NCBI GenBank assembly: GCA_040285825.1 | Contig: JAUPSS010000002.1 | Span: 2,480,001 to 2,544,000 of the forward strand | Direction: 5' to 3' | DNA length: 64,000 nucleotides | DNA from: Eukaryota sp. TZLM1-RC | Taxonomy: Eukaryota; Protista; Metamonada: BaSk clade | In this document: in pieces, positions 24,329 through 37,294 of the stretch | How the letters are laid out: each line of letters begins with the position of its first letter | How positions within the stretch are numbered: position 1 is the first letter of the stretch | The notes under the pieces: model-generated | Told to the model about the DNA's origin: nothing | Database searches by the model: none | The model's input: the letters and a program-made list of their open reading frames with translations, nothing else | Translations under genes and position numbers: made by a program

Positions 24329-24708
24329 GGTTAGCATGTAGTCATTGAGAGCATTATGGATTCAGTAATAAACCTGTGGTTATTTAATAATTACTCAAAC
24401 AATGCCTACTATCCCAGCTTAACGCTCAACAATCACTACTTTAAACTTTTTTTCCACACATTGCATCAGTGGCAAGAAAACAATAATGAATTTTCTCACC
24501 AATTAGCGCTATTAGTGAAGTCAATAAATTCAATTATTTTGAAAGATAGAAAGAATTGATCCTAAACAAGAAAATTAGTTATTATAATCCACATTAAACA
24601 GCTCGCCCTATATTTGTTTTGATAATTTAAAATTTCGTACCATTCTCAAAAATCAACAATTAAGGATAAATAGTAGAAATTTATTAACTTTTGAGGATAA
24701 AACAGAAC

Positions 24709-25242
24709 TTAAGTGCAAATGCCTATCTTCTTACAAAAATCTCTTTCAAAATGATGCAGGCCTAGGCTTTCTCGGATATTTTCAAGGTTTTTATAAAGAG
24801 AGTTTCTACAATTGCTCTGTTTCTGGGATTCATCGAACATTTTTTGACAAGCAAACTCACCAATTGTACGTACTCTCTTCAAGTCGGTTTGTTGCTTTTC
24901 GGGCAAATACTTTCTGATAAATCCAGCAAGTTTGATGCAAGTCTCACAGGTTGGGGATTCGCAAATACGCATGGACTGGCAAAATCTCTGGGGTAAGTCC
25001 CCTTGTTTCATCCAATTGTTGAGGTCTTTTTTGTTCTCCTCAAGCCAATACAAGCAGCGAGGTTCATAACTTCTTGGTAACAAGTAACATGCTCTTTTCA
25101 AGTCATGGGTAAGGTCATTTGCTTCCTCAATTGGTTTTTCAGGAAGTATTGATTGTGTCATTTTGAGGCATGTATCACAGTACGGCCCTGAGCAGTGTAC
25201 TGAAAAAATAAACAACCCTAGAAGTGTAAGAATGACTTTCAT
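24709..25242 (-). CDS. Secreted protein with two saposin-B-like domains
   Basis: Signal peptide and two repeats of C-x2-C...C...C...FC....C. Confidence 0.85.
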   Translation of the reverse strand: MKVILTLLGLFIFSVHCSGPYCDTCLKMTQSILPEKPIEEANDLTHDLKRACYLLPRSYEPRCLYWLEENKKDLNNWMKQGDLPQRFCQSMRICESPTCETCIKLAGFIRKYLPEKQQTDLKRVRTIGEFACQKMFDESQKQSNCRNSLYKNLENIRESLGLHHFERDFCKKIGICT

Positions 25243-25589
25243 TTGAGAGGCACATCAAAACTGGCCAATACTGAAAAAGACCAAACAGGGTTAGTAGATA
25301 TCAAGTAAGCGTTTAAGTGAGCAAAAAACGCCCCTTCACGAGGACCGACTCTCTCCTTTTATCACTAACTTAATCTCAACGTCAGTGGTCGCTTCCAAAT
25401 TCTTACCCCGCATTAGTCCTCCCATGATGGCTTTCGTCACAGACAGGGAAGGAATGGAGACGACAGAACAAGAGGAGAAGATTAGGGGAGAGATTTAACA
25501 GCACTCAGAAGTCAATTTCTTTTTGATTTTTCCAATTTAAAGCTAGCTGATTCTTTTAAAAAGTTAGTTTCACAGTCTTGGAGCAGTAA

Positions 25590-27250
25590 ATGTTATCCTA
25601 TGTTAAAAATAGTAGGATACATGGATGATATTTCAATTATTGGTCCATTGAATGTTTTGAATGAAATTGCCACTGAAGCTTCACTTTTTTACAACGAGAT
25701 TGGTCTTTTGCATAACCCCGACAATTGTCTGCTCTTAGGAAATGTAAAGGATATTTTAACCATTGATAATGTTGAAATTCCTTTTGTAAACTATTCCTCA
25801 GACGCATTTCGCTTCCTTGATTGTTGGCTTGGAAATGTTCCCAAAACTACCGATGAATGATAAAATCTTTGATTGAAATTGGGATCTTGATATAATTTGT
25901 TCTTTTAAAATGGAGAAACATATTAAATTTTTTAGTTTAAAAATTTGTTATTCAGGGAAAATTGCTGACATTTTGAGAACAACTTTTTCTGATATTTCAC
26001 GTGCTTTATGCCGTTCATTTAATTACTTGAGAACAAAATTTTTGCGTCTTTGATTGATGTCAATCCTGATCTAATTCGAAGCCATGTATATTCATCATCT
26101 AATTTTTGGAAGTAATTTCACTAAATCGTCTATTCTCTGTCAAAGTGCTTTCCTTGGTGGAGGGAAAAATTTTGTTTTTGAATTTTGCAACCGGTCTCTA
26201 AATGATGTTAATTTTTTGAATTCTACAAGCAATAATTTTTTAAGAGACCTTGAAAATGCCCTTGATTGTTTGCCTCCTGAAATCTGGAGTAAATGCTTTC
26301 CCGATAATGTGCAGGAAATAGCACCTAGAACACTAGCTAATTTGAGGTATTGTGTTAAAAAATTGCAACAAAAATTAACAATAATTTGTGAAGGCTTGGA
26401 TTTTAATGTTCGTCTTGGCTCAGCCAAAAAAGATAATCCCGCTTTCGCAAATTTTTAGTTAGATGCTCAAAATAGTTCTTCATCTTGTTGAATTTCTCAG
26501 ATTCCTCAAATTTTTGGTCTTCTTTTAGATGATACCACATTTTCTTGTACAATGCGCCTTCGATGTTCTATTTGGCCCAATAACGTTCCTCATAATTTGG
26601 TTTGCAAATAGGGATCAAAAATTTCTCCAAATCATTTGCTTAACTGTAAACATTTTATTACTTTTCGAAAAACAGTTCATGATGCAGTTAGAGATCAGCT
26701 CTATTGTATGTCTAAGTCTCACAAAATCGTCTCCTATTTGGAACCATTATTTTCTCGTTTGGTTGATGAGGACACTTTGAATTCTTTTGGTCGTAACAGA
26801 GGTGATTCAATGCTTTAGGGACTTGATGGGACCACTATCATTACTGATGTGAGATCAATTGATATGTGTAATTATTCTTGAAAACCATCAGCTCAGTCAA
26901 AACACAGGAATCCGCTGTCTGTTGCCCAAAAATCTAAAATTGATAAGTATAAAGCAAAGTTGGTTTCCTTAAATGCTGAATCTCACACTCATTATGTCCT
27001 TTGTCCATATGCTTTTCCCTTACATGGTACGCTCGGACCACCTGCTTTATTTTTTTTGGATGATTTTGTTGAAATTGTAAAACAACGTACATGAAGAATT
27101 TTTGACAAAACGTTTTGGCAGAACAGAATTCTATTCTCAATTTTGAAAGGTGTTGTATCGTTATTGTCTTCTGCCCTATTATCTCTTGGTCGCTTTTATG
27201 AAGGAAAAACTTCCAGTCAATTATTGGCTGATTTGGGATATGAAGATTTA
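25590..27250 (+). mobile_element. Non-LTR family B fragment (RT YMDD through RLE), degraded
   Basis: VGYMDDI, RFL..WLG, AFLGG, HLLNCKH, HDAVRD and RGD; many frameshifts. Confidence 0.85.
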
Positions 27251-27922
27251 AATCAAGATCTTCACTCATTGTTATTGGAAAAGAATGTTTGTGAAAGCAA
27301 GTCATCAGATTCTTCACTTTTTGTAACCATTGTACCACGAATATTTGGATTGTGTGTCACTAATGAAGCATTTGTAACAAAAATGAGATTATATTTGAAT
27401 ATCCCCATTAATCAATTATTATCAAAAGAAATATGTATTTGTTCGAATTCACCTTAACTCACTTTGCGCCATGCTCTGAATTGCTCTATATTGATAACTT
27501 ATTGTTCTTCATTACATGATGCTGTTAGAGACACTGTTTTCAATATGGCACAAACTGCAAGAATATCGTGTATCAAAGAGCCCCTGTTTAAGGAAACACT
27601 TTCTCTGAATAATTTTGGTTCTGATGATAGAGGTGATGTATACTCTGATTGGAATGATAATTCTGAAGCTTTTGTTGACTTTGTCTCATGTAATGTTGCA
27701 AATGATTCTTTGGTTCACAGAAGAAAACTTAATCCTGTGACTGCTCTTGATTTTAAAGCAAAAGAAAAACATGTTGGCTCCTCGCCATAGTTAGTTAGTT
27801 GTTTGTTCTTTACAGTAATCACGTGATGCCACGTCATCACGTATTTATCTAGATTCTAGTATAATTTCACCTGATTATTCACACCCGCTGTAATAAGCAC
27901 CCTGTTTTCCGTTTATTACCTG

Positions 27923-28816
27923 ATGCATGCCCATATTGACCCAACAGTAATTACTGTGGCCCAAACGAATAATCCTGGCCGAGTTGCCCCAATTCTCCGA
28001 AGTGCTGACCGCTCCTCTTGCTCGCGCTTCGTCGACGAGTTGCGAGACTTTGCCGTCCGTATGTCCTTAATGAGACCTGAACCCGCTCCCACTAATTCCC
28101 AGAACTCTAGAAGAAGTTCCCGAAATCCCGCCCCTGAACCAGCTGAAGAAGCTGAAGAAGAAGTCAACCCTGAAGAGATCCGTTTCAATCTCCATGATGC
28201 CTTGGCTGAAGATAGTCCTGTTGACCAAGAGGAGGAGGAAGAAGTTCCTCTCCTGTACTCTGATAACTCTGATGTTTCTGATGAAGAGAAACCCGACCTG
28301 TTATGTCTTGTAGGAGCCCAAGACCCTGATGACCTCGAGTCCCTGTTATTGCCTTACATTCCTAGATGTATTGCCCCTGATGTTTTGGATACTTTTCTAG
28401 TAATTCACCAGATCTCTCCTAAGAAGCCCAAGAAGATCCTGAAATACCTGTTGTTCTCTACGCGCGTCGAAGATACCGCTAAAGCGTACCAGATGTTTAA
28501 CCGTGTATCCTTGCCCCTGAATTGCCGTGATGCTGATGAAGCCATCACCCGATACACCCGAGATTTCATGAAGGTAGCTCGCAAAGTACCTTCCCTCCAG
28601 AAAGAAGAAGCCCTAGCAAGAAGATTCCTGAGTGGAATACGCCCTAAACCCCTGAAGAGATTACTGAAGACTGAAGCCGAAGATGGTCTTATTACCTCCA
28701 TCCCTGAAGTTATTTTCCGTTTAAAAGAGTTGCTCCCTGATTACCACCGTCCTTACTCTCGTAATGCCTACTTGTTTGAAGATAAGTTAGCTCAGAAATA
28801 CCAGGATTTTCCGTGA
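27923..28816 (+). pseudogene. Ty3/gypsy gag
   Basis: Follows the 5' LTR; RRFLSGIRP capsid-like segment; the zinc knuckle lies after a premature stop. Confidence 0.75.
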
Positions 28817-29024
28817 GCAAAGAGCCAGATCAACCACCCAAGTAAGAAGAAAGTCATATAGAACCCCTAGGCGAGGTTCCCGAACTCAGTCATCCAGACC
28901 CGATACTAGATCAACCCAACCTCGTACTCGTACTCCACAATCTAATCAATCTCATGAACTGATTTGTAATTATTGCAAGAAACCCGGACATGTAGTCCGC
29001 GATTGCCCTGACCCTAACTGTAAA

Positions 29025-32000
29025 TTGAGCCAAGTTAACAAGAAGAAACCTTATAAGAATCCAAGGAACCCTACTCACTCTAGAACTCATTCTACCCGTA
29101 ATAAGACTCAATCAAATTCTATCGTCGAATCCATTAAGGAAGGATTAAAGGAAGACTACTCAATCGACGAAACTTATTATTCTCGTACTGTAACCCACTC
29201 CAGCTCTTCTGACACTGAAGATTTAGCTTATAACGTATCATTAAACCCACTTTCAATAAATTCCGATAGCTACTCTGAAGACACTTCAAACTCTCCTAGC
29301 CCTAATACCTTTCTCTCTGACTCCAATTGCTATGATCTGGACGATGTGTTTGAAAATCTAGATTTTGTCCTCCCTGGCCGAGATTTCCCCTCATTTCAAG
29401 ACTTAACGTATGTTGAACCTAGCAAACCACAGATTGCCAAGCAGAAGACACCCTCTTTTCCTGCTCGTTGTGCTAGAAACGAAGTCCTGAAATCTTCTCG
29501 GGCAGCCACGATTCAGGACGAAAGGGTGAGCTCCTGCGAAGCTTCTGTTGTTGAAAAGGTAACTGATTCTTCACTAACTTCAAGAGACTCTTTAGAGACT
29601 GATTTGCCTCAGATACATGACCAAAGGAAAGCCCTGATGGATAACATCCATGATTTCTCGTTGGAGAGAGCAAGTTCTCACCTCGATTCTGATATGGCCC
29701 TCCTGGACGCTGACTGTGCACAAGGACCTGGTCCATCTGATAAAAACTCATCTCTCGAAGAATCTTCTGAAAGTTCAGTAACTGAATCTGCAAATACTTT
29801 AGTCGCAGCTAAAATCTCCGCCCCAGCTCCTGCCTGTCTGATATTCCCTGATAAGTCTAAGATCTTTTTCACGCTGAAAGAACTGAATCAACCTATGGAC
29901 AAAAATTTGTTACACCTGAAGATATTTACCAAACCTGATCACTTTCTGTATGGTATGGTTGACACTGGAGCAACCGTATCCTGTATTTCCGAAGAGATCG
30001 CCGAAGTTGCCAAGCTCCACATTGAGAACCAGACCACCTCTTTAAGTTTAGCTGATGGAAAGCTAATTGATGTTAAGCTAGCAAAAGGAAGATTCGCCTT
30101 CATGTTAGGAGAAACCGCTAAGCTAATTTATTTAACCTTGAGACTCTGTCTATTACCCTGTCCCAACAATTTTATTCTCGGTTGTGACGCCCTGAAACGC
30201 CTTGGCTTATCAACTGAAGATTTTCTGTTTATTAATCTTTCAACCCGCAACTTACAGATTCAAGAAGATGAATCTATTCCTGACTGTTTCCTACCTGATT
30301 CTCAGAACGTTTGCTCTCACGACGACCTATCTGATACCTCGACTGCCCTGAATTTGTCCAAGCTCTAAGTGACAATCTATTAAAGAAGTTACCTGACATT
30401 GAGAAAACCAGCTTCAATCTCAATGATACTACCCTGTCCGTAGACGTTAAAAAACTACTACTTAAATTCCCTGATATTTTTGCTAAACTACCCGCTCCTG
30501 AAGGAATAAAATGTGAACCAATGAAGTTAGAATTCTATGATGAATCCTCAATTGTTAGTAAGAAGGCAAGATTCTTACCTCCAGACAAGCTAAAGATTGC
30601 TAATGAAGAAATTGAATACTCTACTGAAGAACGGCTTTGCCGTCCCATATGATGGCCCATTCGCCTCACCAATTCATCTTGTTTGTGCCCCTGACAAGGC
30701 ACCACGATTAACAGGAGATTATTCAGGTCACAAAGGTATCAACGATCTAACCATCCCCGTCCCTGCTGACTTACCAAGAATTACAGATGTCTGTGCCTTC
30801 CTGTCTTCCGCCACCTATGTCGCAACTCTAGATCTCCCCAAAGCCTTTTGGCAATTGAATTTACGACCAGAAAATCAACCCAAGACTGCTATCGTAATAC
30901 CTGGAAGGAAGGTAATGTTTACCCGTGCCGCTTTCAGTCTGAAGAATGTACCAGCCATCTTCCAAAACTTAATGAGGAAAATTTTCGATTGTGACGGAGT
31001 TTTTATCTACCTCGACGATATAATCGTAGCCGCAGAGAGCAAAACAGATTTCTTGAACCGCCTAGAATATATATTCATAAGAGCCCGAGATTACCGTGTC
31101 CGAATTGGCCTACACAAATGCGCTTTTCAGACCAAAGACTACCCAATTCGTGTATTAGGAGCTATTTTCGAGAAAGGTACTCGAAGAATCTGCCCCTCTA
31201 GAATTGAAAAGCTGAATAAAATTCCTATCCCAACTTCCGTCCCAGAACTACGTTCTTTCGTTGGCGCAATCAACTTCGTCCGAGATTGGTTACCTGCAGT
31301 AAGCACTGAACTCGCCCCGCTCACTGAACTGCTGAAAGGATCTCCCCGCAAGATACACTTGAACCAACAACAGATTGAATGCTTTCAGAACATTAAGAAG
31401 TTGATATCAATAGTGTACCACTAGAACTTCCCGATGACAGTTCTCAAATATTAGTCTCTACTGATGCTTCGGAGAAAGGCATCGCTGGCATTATCTGGAA
31501 AGAACTTTCCCCTTTCGAACCTGAAACCTGTCTCTCAGAAAGAAATGTAGCCCCTCTGTCATTTTATTCCAGGATACTCACCCCTTCTCAGCAACGATGG
31601 TCAACTATACAGAAGGAATTATTCGCTATTGTTATGACCTTGAACCAGCCAAACCTCTCATCTTTCCTGAAAACTAAACATTTAACCCTATTCTGTGACC
31701 ACAAGAATCTATCCTACCTGCTTTCCTGCCCCGACTCCAACAGCGTGGTTCTGCGTTGGATCCCAGTACTTCAGTCCTACTCATTTGACTGCATCCATGT
31801 AGATGGACCCAAAAATCATTGGGACGACTACCTGTCTCGATCCTTCCCAGTAGAAGAAAAGAAGAAGAGAAAGACAAGAACAGCTAACGCAAAATTAGTA
31901 AACTCTATGATCTCTATCGAAGACGGAAAGACCCCTTTCCACCAAGTAACTAGTTATGACCCAGAAGAACGCTTCAGAGGACCCCCGGCTAGACTCAGAA

Positions 32001-34042
32001 CCGCTTCTTTCTTAGAAATGGCTTCATATTATAACCCTGACTGTCGATCCTTGCCTTGTCCATGTCAAGCCGGACATGGTTTCCATTATTGCCCTGGCGA
32101 AGTACGTTTCTGCGAAGTAGTTGATGATAATTATTATACCGAAGTAGGAAACCGTAACCTCGACACCCGTCTCACTTATATCTCTGAACCTGTATCTCCC
32201 GCAATAGACAAAATCAATGTTTTACAAGTTGTTGTTCCGCTTGTTCCGTCTCCACTTATCTTTTTTGACTCTAAGATCTTCCTATATCCACCAAACCAGA
32301 TCTTCCCCTTCTCTCCTCTCGAAATTAACTCTAATCTTCACGCCTACGACAAACCACCATCCTGGTATACCCTAAACCATAGTGACGCTAAGAGACTCCT
32401 GACCGCTACTGCCCTCCGCTCCGAATCAGATCCTTTCGCTATTATTAATTCTCTGAAATATTTCTCTGTCCTCGATCGAATTGATATCAACTATATCAAT
32501 GAAGGAACCGCCCCGTACCATTTTGTACTTTCCACCGATCTATGCTTCATTTACCAACACGTTTTCCCCCTTTTCAAGTCAAAGGATCCCTACGCCTCTG
32601 TTGCTCATATGTACCCTGAAACTCCAATTCATCCAAAGATGCATAATCGCTCAATTCCTATAGCCGACATGGTTCAACATGGCAATTGGAACAACCGATT
32701 ATATTTCTATGACCCGATATTCTCTGCTCGATCGTACCTCCCTGAAGTGATTTCCCCGAATGCTTTCTTTGTAAGACTAAACTGTTTCCCAGCTAGCATT
32801 ACCCTTGGTCAGTTAATTAACAACATTGACCCTCTGCACTTAGCCCCCCTGCCACTTGAGATGCTTCCCTTTTCCCCTGATTATGCCACTGATATCTCTC
32901 TCGATTTGGAAACCCTATTCATCAGTGATGAGCTATATAAACTCACTGAGAACGAAATTCTGACCTTGCCTATCAAAGAGTTCCTAGAATTCGGAATCTT
33001 GAACCCTAGCCAACGAAGCCCAATTCCTCTATCCAGATATAGCCTCCAGTATCATGATGAGATCTACGAAGAAGTCCTATATTCCCCTTTTCTTAGCTCC
33101 CGATCCTGGACTGACGCTGATATTGAACATGAACTGTATATGCAAGAACTGATAGGTGATGAAAATGCCGGATCATCCGTTCCCTGTTACATCCCGCCGC
33201 CTGCTACTGGCGCAACCACTAACACTCATCAACCTTTGATACTTCGTAATTCCCCCACTGAGTCTCTGCCCGAATACCTGAAGCGCCCTGTATTCGTCTT
33301 TATCCACCATTATCTTGATGATGGCAATGCTTGCCCTCATCCCGTTGTTACTTACCAATATGATCACCAAAAAGTTGAAAATAGTTCTGTTCCAAAGCAA
33401 CTACTGACTCCTGTCCCTCGAAATTATTACCTTTCTTCGAAACTCAACTCCTGCAACACCTGCCCACACGTAGATAGTATACATAGATCCTTGCTAGACG
33501 AACTTTCGTTAACTAATTACATCCTAACGTCCAAGCCTTTAGACACCATACCGTATAACTCTAAGATCGCTTTCTATGATGAAGAACTCCAAGCAGTAGC
33601 CCTCCCCAGACAGCTCCCCGATGGAACCTATAGTAAAGTAATGCACTCCCTTATTCCATTCCCAGACCCGGACCAGTCTTTCGAACCTGTTTGTTCGATT
33701 GTAAATGTAACCACGAGATCTCAAGTTCCCCGAGAAAAAACTGAAGAAGACACTCAAGAAGTTGACCCTGAACCCAACTCAGCCGAAGCAACCTCATCCG
33801 ATTTCATTGACCAGAACTCTGCCCACTCTCCTGCTGAAGCTTTCTTAAGGAAGATATTTAATGAACAACAGAAGTTGTTAGATGATGACGAACTTTTCTC
33901 CAACTGTGCAATTGATGAAAAGACTGGCCTTAAACTAACTCCAGATAAGAAGATAATCATTCCCCCTTTGATGATCCCTGAAATACTAAACCACGTTCAC
34001 GGCTCTACCGAAGCAGGACACCCAGCCTTAATGAACGCCTGA
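29025..34042 (+). pseudogene. Ty3/gypsy pol: aspartic protease, RT, RNase H and a large unknown insert
   Basis: VDTGATVSCI; LDLPKAFWQ; YLDD; LRSFVG; STDAS; CDHKNL; DYLSR; then about 600 aa of unknown sequence; then an H-x6-H integrase zinc finger. Confidence 0.9.
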
Positions 34043-34078
34043 AAGTCGTTAAGAAATTCTGACTTTTTCTGGCCTTCC

Positions 34079-35302
34079 ATGAAACGAGACTTAGAACAAC
34101 ATGTCCGTCAATGTATTCCATGTCAGAAGAATTCGAATGTACCCAAAACCCTAGTCTCCTCTTCCGGCTCACTGACTCAATCCCGTAGATCCTTCGAGTA
34201 TCTCCATTGTGATACGATAGGTCCATTCTCTCCTGACTCTCGCAAGAACAAATATGTTCTACATTTCGTAGACGCTTTTTCTAAATTCAGTATCTTATGT
34301 CCTGTACCAGATATCAAATCCATCACTGTAGCTGACGCCATCCTCTCAAATGTTTACGCAACCTTCGGTGCTCCCAAAGCAATTCATTCCGATAACGGAA
34401 CTGAATTTTGCAATGCCGTTTTTGACTCTCTTTGTAAGTTGCTCAACATCACTCACTCTACGTCCATCCCTCATTTTCACCAGTCAAATGGTTTAGTTGA
34501 ACGCCAGCATCGTATCATCCTACAGAATCTCAGGAAAGTACTCTTAGACTTTGCCGTTTACGACAATTGGTCAGACTACCTTCCATTTTGCCAGATGATC
34601 GCCAACAGTTTCAGAAAATCCCTTAATGCTTCTCCCTACGAACTCATCTTTGGCTCCGATACCTCTCCCCGACTGCTTCCTGTCGAAGTAATGAAATCGT
34701 TAGAATTAAGTCCCGATCAGCCTGATGTCCCAGACTATATGTCTTCCCTGTCCAAGCTTTCCTTAACTATCAAGGAAAAGTGGAATTCTGTCGCAAACAA
34801 CACTCCTTCCTCAGACGTGTTACCTGAACCTAAGTTCAAGCCTCAACCTGGTTCTCGAGTCTTTGTCCTCCGAGAACACCCTGACAAGCTCCATGGTCAT
34901 TTCGCTGGACCCTATATTGTTAAAAAGATAATTTCCCGTAGTTCCCTCATGGTGGAAAACCCAATAACTCGTTCTCAGCTAAAAACGTCCATACACCTAG
35001 TCAAATTCTTCCTATCCTCTCTCCCTGAAGAAATCCTGAACGCATATGTTGCCGCTGACGCCGGTGAACTCCTCATTGACGCCATCTTAGATATTTCAGA
35101 TGACCAAGCTACCATTTTGTGGTTCGATGGCACCCAATCGTCCCAACCTGTAGATACCGTTAAGAATACTGTAGCTTTCCAACGGTACTCAAAGATGCTG
35201 AACCTGGACAAACCCAGAAGAAGAGGAAAGAGAAGAAGAAGAGGTAGTGTTGGCTCCTCGCCATGGTTAGTTAGTTATTTGTTCTTTACAGTAATCACGT
35301 GA
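34079..35302 (+). pseudogene. Ty3/gypsy integrase with GPY/F motif and chromodomain-like tail
   Basis: C..CQ, DTIGP, VDAFSK, SDNGTEF, NGLVER, SPYELIFG, GPY and IDAILD...ILWFDG. Confidence 0.9.
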
Positions 35303-35985
35303 TGCCACGTCATCACGTATTTATCTAGATTCTAGTATAATTTCACCTGATTATTCACACCCGCTGTAATAAACACCCTGTTTTCCGTTTATTACCTTAT
35401 GCATGCCCATATTGACCCAACAAACGTAGAAAATATGATAAAGATATTGAAGAGGCTAATGCCGTTAGAAATACACAGCTGGTTTTTATTGCTTTCCCAT
35501 TTTTGATAAATCGAAGATTAGCAGACGAAGCAGAAACTTTTTTGAATGACTTCCAAAAAATGGTGCAAGAAAAAAAAATGAAAAGATTTGATATTTTTTT
35601 ATGGCGTTCACAGATTCAATTTGCCATTATTAATAGATTACCTCGGTTTTTTAATCGAATAAGAGAAGCTTTAGCTAGACAGCAAGCAGATCAAGATTTT
35701 GTAGAGGAAATCTTGGTTCAATGATAGTCGTCCCATTAGTTATGAGTTAATTTAATTAAGTGTGCAAATTCAATAAATACAAAAAATTGATATGAAGATT
35801 CAGAATTTTAATTTTTGTGTCTAGTTTTTGAAAGTAATAAATTAAAAAAAGAATAAAAAAAGTCTTGGAACTTTCTTTCATTCAATAATGAAATTTTTGA
35901 TGTTAGGGACCAAATCTGTGATTTCATATAGAGGAATTTTTCCAAAATTGACTGGAATACTTGGTCAAGAAGGTTCAAGGATTAT

Positions 35986-37294
35986 TTGATCTTTTTTATT
36001 CAAAAAGCTGATAATTACTATGGTTTATTTAAAAACTATAAAGTTTCCGAATTTGATTCAATTTTAAGCCATATTGTTCATCCAATTAATGATTTTATTT
36101 CTTATAGAGAATCAGCATCTATTGACGTTTTGAGGGAGTTGATACTTAAATATTTGGGTGCCATGAATATCGGACAAGCTTATTCAAAGGCATTGTCCAT
36201 TGGGTCACAAAAAGGTCTTGATGACATTTTGGTTAGCTCAATATTCAAGGATTTGATGGTTAAACGATCACAATGCAGTCAAGTTTCTCTGTTTGGTAAC
36301 ACTTGCCAGTGAAGTCTTCATTTCTGGTTTCCTTATGTCTCTGTTCCAGGTACCTTGGTGACAATTCAACAAACTCAAAAAAGGACAATAAAGGTACCAA
36401 TGGGGAGATATGCTTTGACTCGGGGGTCAAAATTCGCAAAGTTATTAAGCCCAATTTAATTGATGATTCAAGTGTGCGCATTTTTGAACCTTTCTTGTGG
36501 CATGATGACGTGATGATGGTCAAAAAGGATCAGAAAACCATTGACTTGAGGTCATTTTCTAGTGAAATCAACAGTAATTCACGAATTTTTGGCTTTTGAA
36601 TCGACTCTTCATCCCACAAGCAGTTCTCATAAATTCAATCATTGCTATTTAATCTCGTTATCAAGGTTCAAAATCTTTGTTTAATGGGCATTGTGGTAGA
36701 TTTGCAGATTTTTCAGATCCACCATTTTCTTGGGATTTCTTGTTTTATTTTGATTTGATTAAAAAACCTCGAACCAAAAAGAAGCCTTTATCTTGTAGTT
36801 ATTGTTCATCTTCAAGTCGACTGTGGATTCAGTATCAATTTGTTTCACAATCACTTAAAATTGAATTAACTAGTTCGCCATTTACGATTTCCTGCTTGAC
36901 AATTCTTGACCAGTCCAAATTGATTGATGGTCTTGATGATTCTGATGGATCAAGGGTAAATAAGGGATTCATTACCGGCCATGGTTGCTTTCCTGAACCT
37001 CATCTATCATTTACTTTTGCTGACGTTAACTTACGTGGAATCAATGGGGGTTTGATTGGATTGGCAGTCGAATATGAATGTATTTCACCATTCTTGACCC
37101 ACTCCACGTGTACAGGTTGCCGTTTTCTCCTAAACAGTTCTGTTTTGGCTTCTGTTGGCATAATACCTCCTAGTTCTAGTTCAGATTTAGTTTCTTTTTT
37201 ACTGAACAATGATTTACTCTTTATTTTACCATGTTCCAAATGTGGTAGTATTTCAGCCTACCTAAGTAGACTCCATGTCTTTACGCCTAATTAG
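35986..37294 (+). pseudogene. Fragmented hypothetical gene with CxxC motifs
   Basis: Successive + strand ORFs with CSYC, CTGC and CSKC motifs; no family recognised. Confidence 0.3.

Larger units (their letters stand above)
27772..35422 (+). mobile_element. Near full-length Ty3/gypsy LTR retrotransposon, frameshifted
   Basis: 175-bp LTRs TGTTGG...CCAACA (27772-27946, 35248-35422; 4 differences), TSD AACA/AACG and a PPT. Order is gag, CCHC knuckle (CNYCKKPGHVVRDC), protease DTG, RT YLDD, RNase H TDAS, integrase, GPY. Confidence 0.95.
27247..35780 (+). mobile_element. Family A non-LTR 3' part (27247-27771 and 35423-35780) split by the Ty3/gypsy insertion
   Basis: The ...KAKEKH|RKY... reading is continuous across the insertion and matches 52541-53420. 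Confidence 0.9.
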
